Shown here piece after piece: positions 40,732 through 48,960 of a stretch of 64,000 nt of DNA. The DNA is taken from the NCBI GenBank assembly GCA_017465405.1, contig JAFTWG010000012.1:3692-67691 (forward strand), in the 5' to 3' direction. A program made the position numbers and the translations under genes. The DNA comes from Alphaproteobacteria bacterium. Its GTDB lineage: Bacteria; Pseudomonadota; Alphaproteobacteria; RF32; CAG-239. How positions within the stretch are numbered: position 1 is the stretch's first letter; the number at the start of each line of letters is the position of its first letter. The notes beneath the pieces are model-generated. The model saw only the letters and a program-made list of their open reading frames with translations, was not told the DNA's origin and did no database searches.

Positions 40732-41032
40732 AATTACACTCCTTTCAGAACAGTTTTGCCCTCACATGATATAAAAGTTGAACAAAAAACAGCAAACTGT
40801 TTTGTCTGCTTAAAAATGCTGTATTTAGCTACAGCGGGCCTTACAAATAACATAAAAACTCCATACTTGTTAATCCAACGTAAGCCGATTTTTTACAAAA
40901 ACCATACTTACGAAAAATAGAATAACACTAAAAAACAAAAATTTCAAGATGTATAAATTAATAAACTATTTACAAGCTATGATTATTATGTAACTATTGT
41001 AAGTATGATAACATAATAATGCGGAGAATATT

Positions 41033-42049
41033 ATGAAAAAAAGTATACTGTTTTTAGGTTTATGTATGTTAGCCTTAAATGCAAATGCTCAAAATTTTGG
41101 CGGAAAAACGAACACTAATATGACGGCAAACGCTAAACCTGAGGAAGAAATGGGATTGATAAAACCCCACCCATTGTTGTCACTTTCAATTCCTGAAAAA
41201 TACAATTTTGATGATCATTTAACCCAAAATATGAAAACACAAAATGGTGAAAGCTTAAATTGTAAAGAACAAAATGAGGTTATTGTTTGCGTGGATAAAA
41301 ATCAAAAACCATTTACAGGTATTGCAAACGGCAGTGATTCTAAATTAAAGCTGACAAGTCAGGCTAATTACAAAAATGGCATGCTTAACGGATTATCTAG
41401 AATTATGTATGATAATAATAAAATTGCTTTCGAAGCTAAATATATCAATGGCAAAAGAAACGGAGTAGCTGTTGCTTATTCAAGGTTGGGACCTAAACAA
41501 AGCGAAACTCACTATAAAAACGGTAAAAAAGATGGACGTTACACTCTGTATTATTTAACAGGCATTAAAACCGTTGAGATGACATTTAAAAATGATAAAG
41601 CAGAAGGAATGGCAAGATCATGGCATCCTAATGGAAAACTACAATCCCAGGCTCTTTTTGTAGATAATTTGATGGAAGGAAATGTAACTTCTTATTATCC
41701 GCACGGAAAAATAGCATATCAAGAAGTATACAAAAACGGAAAAAGAAATGGTATTGTAAAACACTACGAGGAAAATACCGGAAAAATGGATATTGAAGCT
41801 CCTTACATAGATGGAAAAATTCATGGAACGTTGAAAATTTATGATAACGGCAGAATTATTTTTAAAACAGATTATGAAAATGATGTAGCTAATGGAGAAT
41901 ATATCGGATACAATGATAATGGAACAATCTCAATGAGTGCAACTATCGTAAATGGTAAATTAGAAGGAATGGCAAAGGTTTTCGATGACTATGGAAAATT
42001 GGAAAGTATCGAATATTATAAAGACGGAGAAGCAGTAGACCAACCATAA
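41033..42049 (+). CDS. secreted MORN/YwqK-type repeat protein
   Basis: Signal peptide MKKSILFLGLCMLALNANA|Q. At least 8 iterated Y(K/I)NGK(K/R)(D/N)G...Y units. Confidence 0.75.
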   Translation: MKKSILFLGLCMLALNANAQNFGGKTNTNMTANAKPEEEMGLIKPHPLLSLSIPEKYNFDDHLTQNMKTQNGESLNCKEQNEVIVCVDKNQKPFTGIANGSDSKLKLTSQANYKNGMLNGLSRIMYDNNKIAFEAKYINGKRNGVAVAYSRLGPKQSETHYKNGKKDGRYTLYYLTGIKTVEMTFKNDKAEGMARSWHPNGKLQSQALFVDNLMEGNVTSYYPHGKIAYQEVYKNGKRNGIVKHYEENTGKMDIEAPYIDGKIHGTLKIYDNGRIIFKTDYENDVANGEYIGYNDNGTISMSATIVNGKLEGMAKVFDDYGKLESIEYYKDGEAVDQP

Positions 42050-42080
42050 AAAAGGGAGCGTAATGCTCCCTTAATTTTTA
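42048..42080 (+). terminator. rho-independent terminator
   Basis: GGGAGC-gtaat-GCTCCC followed by TTAATTTTT. Confidence 0.75.
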
Positions 42081-42090
42081 GATTAGGATA

Positions 42091-42471
42091 TTAGTAATTT
42101 ATCCAAACAACTCTGTCACGAGAGATTCTGTCCGCATGCAAAGCTTTAGCCGCAAGCACGAGAAAAAGAATTACCCACATAACAAAAAAAGCCACCGGTC
42201 CTACAAAAGCAATAGACAGCCAGTTACCGGCAATCACTTCAGGCAGAGCACAAAAAATGAGTACAATCATCATAAGAGCCAGCGGCCACAGATACCATAC
42301 CATCATCCAACGAATGATATTCTGACAGGTTTTGTAGGCAACAATTTCTTCTTTAGAATGTGCGTACAAAAAAGCACTCTGCTTCTCATAAATGCCTATT
42401 TCGGCAAGACCGCACTCTTTCGGTGTTTTTTTATACACAGCTACAAATTTTTCCGTAGCTTCGTCAATCAA
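42091..42471 (-). CDS. small integral membrane protein, 126 aa
   Basis: Three hydrophobic helices. No recognised family. Confidence 0.45.
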   Translation of the reverse strand: MIDEATEKFVAVYKKTPKECGLAEIGIYEKQSAFLYAHSKEEIVAYKTCQNIIRWMMVWYLWPLALMMIVLIFCALPEVIAGNWLSIAFVGPVAFFVMWVILFLVLAAKALHADRISRDRVVWINY

Positions 42472-42754
42472 TCTTTGTTACATTTGATTTGTATTTTAAA
42501 TAGTTAGACATAATTATTTCAATTTTGCTTTATATAATAACGATTTTACACAAAATGCAATAAAAAACTTTGGGCGTTTTTTTATTTGAACTAAAATTAA
42601 TTATTAGAAATACGCTATTTTTGCAGAAAATATTGACAAAAAAACTTTTAAAATTTAATATAAAAACATGATTAGAATAACTAATATTTATTGTGTATAT
42701 CCCTGATGCCTTAGGCAAGTATCAAATCGGGATTAATGCCTAAAAATAACAACT

Positions 42755-43309
42755 ATGATACAAGCAATTAAAGGCTTAGAAATTGAGAACAAGGCTCCCA
42801 GAGCCGTAGTATGTAACCGCATTCCTTCAGACAATTTCTTCGGATGGAACAGCAACAAGGATATGCTCAAACTTGGTAGAGTATATCACATTGAGCGTCT
42901 GGTTGTACACAAGTGCAACACCGAAGTATTTTTGAAGGAGTTCCCCGGTTTTTCGTTTAATTCCGTTTGTTTCGGCGAAGTCGAAAATTCGAAGGCAGCA
43001 TCTCGTTTGCAATCAATTATTGACACGGCGAAAAACCGAGGAAGAGTCATAAAAAAACTCCGGCATCTGTCTTCTCCGAGAGCTGTCAATATTCAGATGT
43101 CTCGTTTCCACGTGAAGTTGACATCTGAACGTATGTCACTTTTGAAAGATGGTGATATTTTGGTAATCGGACGCGACGCAAGCTGTGACATCAACATCAC
43201 GAAGACAGATAGAGGTGTATCAAGATATCACTGTGTAATTGTGAAAAATTCACAGGGATATGACTTGTACGATATGTCTCTCTCGGGAACTACCGTGTGG
43301 TTTGACTAA
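42755..43309 (+). CDS. FHA-domain protein
   Basis: C-terminal FHA core GRDASCDINITKTDRGVSRYHCVIV...YDLYDMSLSGTTV. Confidence 0.7.
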   Translation: MIQAIKGLEIENKAPRAVVCNRIPSDNFFGWNSNKDMLKLGRVYHIERLVVHKCNTEVFLKEFPGFSFNSVCFGEVENSKAASRLQSIIDTAKNRGRVIKKLRHLSSPRAVNIQMSRFHVKLTSERMSLLKDGDILVIGRDASCDINITKTDRGVSRYHCVIVKNSQGYDLYDMSLSGTTVWFD

Positions 43310-43349
43310 GACAAAGGACCTCGTTGCATAGGCAATGTTATTTAAACGA

Positions 43350-43380
43350 AGAAGCACTCTCACAAGAGAGTGCTTTTTTA
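43350..43380 (+). terminator. rho-independent terminator after the FHA gene
   Basis: GCACTCTC-acaa-GAGAGTGC followed by TTTTTTA. Confidence 0.85.
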
Positions 43381-43403
43381 TGGTAGGCGTGTGGGGGCTT
43401 GAG
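43381..43403 (-). repeat. partial direct copy (21/23 nt) of the tRNA-Lys 3' end, att-like
   Basis: tggtaggcgtgtgggggcttgag here versus tggtaggcgcgtgggggctcgaa at 43625-43647. Confidence 0.6.
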
Positions 43404-43580
43404 GAAAGAAAACAGTCCTGTGAACTGTTTTCTGACGAAAGGCGAACATTTGTTAGTTTGCAAACAAGATAACATCGCAGATTGCAAACGTTACAAATGG
43501 AGTGACCTAAGCGAGTTAGCGAAAGTATTGAGCTTATGAGCAAGAAGAACCCTCGGGTTCGAGCCCCGGAATATTTTGAT

Positions 43581-43613
43581 AAAAATAAAAGACCTTCAAA
43601 CTTGTTGAAGGCC
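43581..43613 (-). terminator. terminator downstream of tRNA-Lys (minus strand)
   Basis: Minus strand GGCCTTCAA-caagt-TTGAAGGTC followed by TTTTATTTTT. Confidence 0.7.
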
Positions 43614-43624
43614 TTCATTTATTA

Positions 43625-43700
43625 TGGTAGGCGCGTGGGGGCTCGAACCCCAGACCCACTGATTAAGAGTCAGTTGCTCTACCAACTGAGCTACGCACCC
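43625..43700 (-). tRNA. tRNA-Lys (anticodon CTT), 76 nt with encoded CCA
   Basis: Reverse complement folds as a cloverleaf. Acceptor GGGTGCG/CGCGCCT. D-arm GCTC-AGTTGGTA-GAGC. Anticodon stem ACTGA/TCAGT with loop CTCTTAA. T-arm CTGGGG-TTCGAGC-CCCCA. 3' end ACCA. Confidence 0.85.
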
Positions 43701-44161
43701 ATAATCTTTCTTACGGGAATATAGACCGCTAATATTTTTTTTGCAACAACTTTTTTATATAAACTTGCATTTTTTTTCTTGACATACACCGGCAAAAAAA
43801 TTAGAAAGCAGTCATTCAGTGATTTTTTAGATAATTTTTTTGTTTGTTTCCATAGGTTTTGTTTTTAATTGAGAACAATTAACTCCTTCTTTCGTTTTTA
43901 GTTGGTTGTACTCACGGACAGTATGGGCTGTGAAGTTCGTACTGTTTTCTCAAAGAAAATACGTTACCTGATATAAGCCGGTTGTTTAACCCGCTACAAA
44001 TACACTTTTTTGCTTGTGTCTGATAGGGATAGGGATGCTTTTGCATATTGTATACCTTACCATAGTGATGAATAATTTTATACCCCTATCCTACTCTTGC
44101 GAAGGCGACTTTAATCTTTTATGGTTAATGTCGCCTTTTTTATTCTCCATTCATAAAAAAA

Positions 44162-44183
44162 GGCTTTGCATTGCTGCAAAGCC
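44162..44183 (-). terminator. copy A of the conserved hairpin+U-run element, acting as the terminator after the immunity gene of cassette 1
   Basis: Minus strand GGCTTTGCA-gcaa-TGCAAAGCC followed by TTTTTTT. Confidence 0.7.
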
Positions 44184-44205
44184 GATTAAAGACTAACACA
44201 ATATT

Positions 44206-44694
44206 TTATATATCAATTTTCCGGTATACTACATAATGTATACTTTCTGTTATAATAACTATCGGAAGCCAAAACAAAACAACCCCCAAAAAAGATGTCC
44301 ATAACAACATTCCATCTATCCCTATCATAGTTACGGACAAAAGACATAACCAATTACATATTATCCAAAAGATAAACTCACCTGCTCTGATAATCACAGA
44401 TGAAAAACTTAATATTTTTTTGCGAAGATAATCATATAAAAAATATATCGGTCCCCAAAAAATATACAAAATATAAAATTTAACAGAAAAAACACAAGGC
44501 ATATCATGCCACACCCATTGATAAATAACACCATATTGCCACACATTATAATCACAAACTTCTCCATTGGGATTTGTTCCAAAACCGACTTGGAAAACCA
44601 TAGCAAAAAGAAACGTTACGCATAAAAAACATAGTATATATAATATGCTCTTAACAAATTTCTTGTTATAATATAGTCTCATTTTTCCTCCCAT
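44206..44694 (-). CDS. polytopic membrane protein, 162 aa. Candidate immunity protein for toxin 1
   Basis: 4-5 TM helices. Start overlaps the toxin 1 stop by 16 nt. Confidence 0.5.
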   Translation of the reverse strand: MGGKMRLYYNKKFVKSILYILCFLCVTFLFAMVFQVGFGTNPNGEVCDYNVWQYGVIYQWVWHDMPCVFSVKFYILYIFWGPIYFLYDYLRKKILSFSSVIIRAGEFIFWIICNWLCLLSVTMIGIDGMLLWTSFLGVVLFWLPIVIITESIHYVVYRKIDI

Positions 44695-45443
44695 GGTTTT
44701 GTTTCGTATGCAGTCTTAACTCTGGCTCCGACATTATTAATTATATATGCTCCGGTATCATTCCATAAAGTTCCTATTTTATCCGGTGTAGGATTATCAA
44801 TAGAACCATATAGTTGTTTTATAAGCCTTACTCCCAATTCAATATTTTGCTCTGCATCATAAGTATCATAATATTTACCCTGAAAATTTCCCCAAGTTTT
44901 ACCTTGTATATTCATCGGCATCTGACTACCTGACATAGAAAATAAATCGGCTAAATTATTAGCTCCCCCCTTATGTCCGGTTGCGGCTTCATTGTACATA
45001 ATAGCCTTAACTATGTCCGGAGATATGTTATATTTATTGGCATATTTTTCAATGCTGTCACTATATTTATTAACATAATATTTTCCTAGCCAATCCAAAG
45101 TATACCAAGGCCAATTATAATTTGCCTTATCATTATTTTTTATATTCAATTTAAGATGTTGCCCATTTTTTAACGCCATAATTCGTTGTCGTTCATCTAA
45201 ATTATTATCTGAAATACTTCGATATTTATCTATATCACTCATAACATTTGGATTATTATTTTGAGCATATAATATCCGTTTGTGTTCATAATCATTGTTT
45301 AGTTTTTCTCTCTCAACTCGGGCAAATTGATATTCCAATTCGTCTCGAGTAGTAAAGTTTTTATGATTGACACCATAGCTATCAATACCGTCATTATTGA
45401 TATAATAACCCGATTTTGATTTATATTGAGGATACATACTCAT
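44679..45443 (-). CDS. polymorphic toxin 1: conserved N-terminal domain plus lysozyme-like (SLT/lytic-transglycosylase-like) C-terminal domain
   Basis: N-terminus MSMYPQYKSKSGYYINNDGIDSYGVNHKNFTTRDELEYQFARVEREK is shared with toxin 2 at ~85-90% nt identity over the first ~200 nt. C-terminus has IMYNEAATGHKGG...SQMPMNIQ, reminiscent of the SLT ES...GLMQ core. No signal peptide. Confidence 0.55.
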   Translation of the reverse strand: MSMYPQYKSKSGYYINNDGIDSYGVNHKNFTTRDELEYQFARVEREKLNNDYEHKRILYAQNNNPNVMSDIDKYRSISDNNLDERQRIMALKNGQHLKLNIKNNDKANYNWPWYTLDWLGKYYVNKYSDSIEKYANKYNISPDIVKAIMYNEAATGHKGGANNLADLFSMSGSQMPMNIQGKTWGNFQGKYYDTYDAEQNIELGVRLIKQLYGSIDNPTPDKIGTLWNDTGAYIINNVGARVKTAYETKPWEEK

Positions 45444-45530
45444 TTATTTTTTTCTTTCATAAAAAAAAGGCTTTGCATTGCTGCAAAGCCGGTTAAAACA
45501 ACTTTCTTGACTTAATATTTTTTCAAACTA
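45230..45530. repeat. repeat unit copy B (toxin 5' region + hairpin/U8 + promoter-like segment)
   Basis: Matches the units at 47650-48017 and 48590-48960 across the toxin 5' region and the hairpin GGCTTTGCATTGCTGCAAAGCC at 45469-45490. Confidence 0.7.
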
Positions 45531-45570
45531 TTCTATATGAAAATACGACACAAATTTTATAAGGAAAACA

Positions 45571-46317
45571 ATGTTAAAAAAAATACTCATAATCATTTTT
45601 GCAACCTGTATTTTTTATAAAACAGCTAATGCCGATGTCTGTTATTATATAAATAAACAGACAATAAAAAATGCTGTTGAAATTATAAAAAAACAAAAAG
45701 AGGTTTTTAAGTATTGTTCAATATGTCCTTCTGCAGAAGCTCTAAAAATCGCAGTAAAAAATATCTCTGAAACATCCCCCATTGCAATAAATGGAACGAA
45801 TGTCGACATTGCTCACCTTTATTACTTCAAAAATAACAATTTTATAAATATCGGCATAGAAGCGGGTTGCATTAAAAACGGACAGTATGGTATAGAAAAA
45901 TCATTAAATAAACTTCCCATATTGTATGATTCTAAAGAAAAAAATATGGAATTGATTGAAGCTAAAATACAAAAAATTCATAATAAATGCTCGTCATTAT
46001 CAAAAAACAAAAATAATATTACTACAAATGACATGATTGATTATAACAGTCAATGCAGTCAATACTTTATTGAAGAGATAAAGAAAGAAATCAAGACAGC
46101 CTTCTCACCCCATGAACAAACAAAAATGTTAGAATATTTATCTCAATCTGAAAATGCCATTTTTAATTTTTATAATAATATATATTCCGCCAATAAATAT
46201 TGTGATGGACAATGTGGAACTATGGCAACCTACCTCCCATATATTGATAAAATCTCAATGTTGGAAAAAATGTTAAAAAAACTACTTTATCTTAATCTGA
46301 CAAAGAACGGATATTAA
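45571..46317 (+). CDS. secreted protein, 248 aa, unknown function
   Basis: Signal peptide MLKKILIIIFATCIFYKTANA|D. Lys/Asn-rich. Promoter lies in the repeat-derived segment (TTGACT...). Confidence 0.55.
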   Translation: MLKKILIIIFATCIFYKTANADVCYYINKQTIKNAVEIIKKQKEVFKYCSICPSAEALKIAVKNISETSPIAINGTNVDIAHLYYFKNNNFINIGIEAGCIKNGQYGIEKSLNKLPILYDSKEKNMELIEAKIQKIHNKCSSLSKNKNNITTNDMIDYNSQCSQYFIEEIKKEIKTAFSPHEQTKMLEYLSQSENAIFNFYNNIYSANKYCDGQCGTMATYLPYIDKISMLEKMLKKLLYLNLTKNGY

Positions 46318-46350
46318 ATAATATCCGTTTTTTTTAATTACTTTATTCTA

Positions 46351-46450
46351 ATTTGATTTATATTGAGGATACATATTCATTTATTTTTCCTTTCATAAAA
46401 AAAGGCCTTGCATTGCTACAAAGCCGATTAAAACAACTTTCTTGAATCAA
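46351..46450. repeat. repeat unit copy C: degenerate hairpin plus a 9-codon remnant of a toxin start (MNMYPQYKSN*)
   Basis: Minus strand ATGAATATGTATCCTCAATATAAATCAAATTAG. The hairpin GGCCTTGCATTGCTACAAAGCC has mismatches. Confidence 0.65.
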
Positions 46451-46466
46451 TATTTTTCCGCAAATA

Positions 46467-46901
46467 TTACAACCAACAATCACCTTTCATTTGTTGAATA
46501 TAGTCTTTTGCAATTTGTCGAAATATGTAATTAGCACGACTAATAGCCTCTGTATTGCGCATAGTTGCATGATCTGCCATGTCACTATATTGTGATATAT
46601 TATGACAATTCTTATATATATTAACAACCAATTTGTTAAAATCCTCTTTGACCTGCTTATTTCGTTTTGTATAAAAAGTATCAAATATTTTATATACAAC
46701 AGCAATAATACAATCAGCAGACTTATACGTAGCCTCATTCATATCTGCTGTTGATGGATTATTAGTCATATCAATTTTACAATTATTCAATTCTTCTTCA
46801 ATAGAATAAATGCTATTTATTATCGCAGTTGAACATATAGAATCATCTGCAAAAACACTAAAAGGCATTAATAAAAACAGCAAAAAAATAATCTTCTTCA
46901 T
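46467..46901 (-). CDS. secreted (periplasmic) protein, ~144 aa mature. Candidate immunity protein for toxin 2. Start taken at MKKIIFLL
   Basis: Signal peptide MKKIIFLLFLLMPFSVFA|DD, then a Cys-containing domain. Lies 10 nt downstream of the toxin 2 stop. Confidence 0.55.
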   Translation of the reverse strand: MKKIIFLLFLLMPFSVFADDSICSTAIINSIYSIEEELNNCKIDMTNNPSTADMNEATYKSADCIIAVVYKIFDTFYTKRNKQVKEDFNKLVVNIYKNCHNISQYSDMADHATMRNTEAISRANYIFRQIAKDYIQQMKGDCWL

Positions 46902-46911
46902 TGTTTTCCTC

Positions 46912-47796
46912 TCATTTCCCTGTATAGTACTGATGATACTTATTAAAAATATAATCGTCAACTCTATCTTTATATAGTTTTTCAAATTCATTAAAATTAC
47001 TATAATAATTCTGTAAACGATTATACCAACCTCTTAAATTATTAATATTTTCATGTGGATACTTATCTACACTATCAAAATATCTGCTCATTCTTTTTCT
47101 GGATAATAAATCATTAAACGGAACTATTTCATTTTCCTGAAATGAATTTATATAATTTGCTAATTTTTGTGAAACTCTTGTATTTCCAGCAAAGTTAGTA
47201 TTTTTATATTCATTAACAGCTGAAGCTAAATCATATCCAGCTATAGTTCCTTGATTCATCAATCCGTCAAAAACATTCCTTGCAATAGATACATTATCAA
47301 TCTGATTTATACCATACCGTTGATAGTACATTTCATCCAATATTTGTTTAGCCTGTTGAGGTTTTAGGTGCTCAACATATTTAGGAAAATTACTTCCTTT
47401 TTTTAATGGGTGATTCCATAAATTATATTCATTTAATGAATTCTGCGTAATTCCATAATTAGTAGGACCGCCTAAATCATTTTCACGATTAGAATACCCC
47501 ATTTCATGATCTGCTGTTCCTTTATATATAAAATTATTATTATCATCTTTTTTTGAATAATAAATATCGTCAAAATTATATTCCATTACATCACTCATAA
47601 CATTTGGATTATTGTTTTGAGCATATAATATTCCGTTTTTATTATTGTTAATCTGTTTTTCTCTCTCAACTCGGGCAAATTGATATTCCAATTCATCTCG
47701 AGTGCTAAAATTTTTATGATTAACTCCATAATTATCAATACCGTCATCATTAATATAATAACCCGATTTTGATTTATATCGAGGATACATATTCAT
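46912..47796 (-). CDS. polymorphic toxin 2: conserved N-terminal domain plus GH108-family muramidase C-terminal domain
   Basis: N-terminus MNMYPRYKSKSGYYINDDGIDNYGVNHKNFSTRDELEYQFARVEREK. C-terminus HEMGYSNRENDLGGPTNYGIT...IARNVFDGLMNQG matches the GH108 core (EGGYVNDPxDPGGxTxxGIT...AVFDxxVNxG). Confidence 0.7.
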   Translation of the reverse strand: MNMYPRYKSKSGYYINDDGIDNYGVNHKNFSTRDELEYQFARVEREKQINNNKNGILYAQNNNPNVMSDVMEYNFDDIYYSKKDDNNNFIYKGTADHEMGYSNRENDLGGPTNYGITQNSLNEYNLWNHPLKKGSNFPKYVEHLKPQQAKQILDEMYYQRYGINQIDNVSIARNVFDGLMNQGTIAGYDLASAVNEYKNTNFAGNTRVSQKLANYINSFQENEIVPFNDLLSRKRMSRYFDSVDKYPHENINNLRGWYNRLQNYYSNFNEFEKLYKDRVDDYIFNKYHQYYTGK

Positions 47797-48017
47797 TTAT
47801 TTTTTCCTTTCATAAAAAAAAGCTTTGCATTGCTGCAAAGCCGATTAAAACATCTTTCTTGACTTGATAATTTTTCGATACTATGCTCCTTTTATATAGA
47901 GAGGAGCTTTTACAATGAAAAAACATATTATATTATGCTTGACATTCTTATTATCTGCCTGTTCTCTTTTTAATTCTTATGATAAAGAGTTCAAAAACCC
48001 TATTTTTTACCAACCTA
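47650..48017. repeat. repeat unit copy D (~370 bp): toxin 5' region, hairpin/U8, sigma70-like promoter, RBS and first ~35 codons of a lipoprotein gene
   Basis: Near-identical to 48590-48960. Hairpin at 47822-47842. TTGACT-17-TATGCT. RBS GAGGAG. Lipoprotein N-terminus MKKHIILCLTFLLSAC. Confidence 0.8.
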
Positions 48018-48328
48018 TGCGTCCTCTTTCAACACGTACGGGATGGACATATTTAACTCCTACTTCCGTCAATTTTAGAACACCATTGGATAAAAATAAA
48101 ATCAATTCAACCGGAAAATGCGACCTCATTGAAAACGAACAAGATAAAATTACCTTAAAATGTAAAATTTTTAGGAGAGACGGATATGTCACAACTGAAT
48201 ATTTGACTTACGTAATAACTGATCTGTATCTTTTTGATCGTTTAAGAATCGAAGAAAGAATAGATGGTGGGGGAACCTATTCTCTTAGTGTAACGCCTCA
48301 TTATTTAATCTCTCCAACACACCATTGA
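47915..48328 (+). CDS. lipoprotein paralog A, 137 aa
   Basis: Lipobox LLSAC. N-terminal 35 aa and 5'UTR identical to paralog B. Shares the internal KCDLIENEQDK(I/V)TLKCK. Confidence 0.65.
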   Translation: MKKHIILCLTFLLSACSLFNSYDKEFKNPIFYQPMRPLSTRTGWTYLTPTSVNFRTPLDKNKINSTGKCDLIENEQDKITLKCKIFRRDGYVTTEYLTYVITDLYLFDRLRIEERIDGGGTYSLSVTPHYLISPTHH

Positions 48329-48740
48329 ATTTAATTTGCTTCGTGCCCAATCATTTCTACCTGCGTGAACATCTTTGCGATGAACATTATTTCTGATATC
48401 ATTAACATTACATTCTTCTATCACCCTAAATAAATTAGGCCAATACTTTGGGGTTAACTTTCCGGTATTATACTGAATATCAAGCAATACCTCTTTTAAT
48501 TCTATCGGAAATTTATCAAAATCATTAAATTGTCGACGCAAATGAGCTAAGTCATTATTCATATGTTTTTGTGCTAAAGAGCGGGCATAATCATCTGTTT
48601 TTCTCTCTCAACTCGAGCAAATTGATATTCTAATTCATCTCTAGTAGTAAAGTTTTTATGATTAACTCCATAGCTATCAATACCATCATCATTGATATAA
48701 TAACCCGATTTTGATTTATATTGAGGATACATATTCATTT
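48305..48740 (-). pseudogene. degraded toxin copy 3: 48-codon N-terminal remnant, stop, then out-of-frame T4-lysozyme-like C-terminal half (85-aa ORF 48305-48562)
   Basis: MNMYPQYKSKSGYYINDDGIDSYGVNHKNFTTRDELEYQFARVEREKQMIMPAL* then a frame change. The 85-aa ORF EVLLDIQYNTG...RNDWARSKL resembles the C-terminal lobe of GH24/T4 lysozyme (ALINMVFQMG...NRAKRV). The catalytic N-lobe is missing. Confidence 0.55.
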
Positions 48741-48960
48741 ATTTTTTCCTTTCATAAAAAAAAGGCTCTGCATTACTGCAAAGCCGGTTAAAACAACTTT
48801 CTTGACTTAATATTTTTTTGATACTATGCTCCTTTTATATAGAGAGGAGCTTTTACAATGAAAAAACATATTATATTATGCTTAACTTTTTTGTTATCTG
48901 CCTGTTCTCTTTTCAATTATTATGATAAGGAGTTCAAAAATCCTATTTTTTATCAACCTA
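48590..48960. repeat. repeat unit copy E (~370 bp)
   Basis: See copy D. Hairpin GGCTCTGCATTACTGCAAAGCC at 48764-48785. Confidence 0.8.

Noticed and set aside
43404-43620. Considered as tmRNA or a second tRNA because of TTCGAGCCCC T-arm-like sequence
   Set aside because: No D-arm or acceptor pairing can be built and there is no tag-peptide reading frame. At ~220 nt it is too short for tmRNA. Interpreted instead as an integration scar fragment.
45444-45460. Five-codon mini-ORF (MKEKK / MKGKN) whose TAA overlaps each toxin ATG, considered as a regulatory leader peptide
   Set aside because: Too short, and with no RBS of its own. The AAAGGA within it is better explained as the Shine-Dalgarno for the toxin gene. 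Kept only as a note under the hairpin finding.
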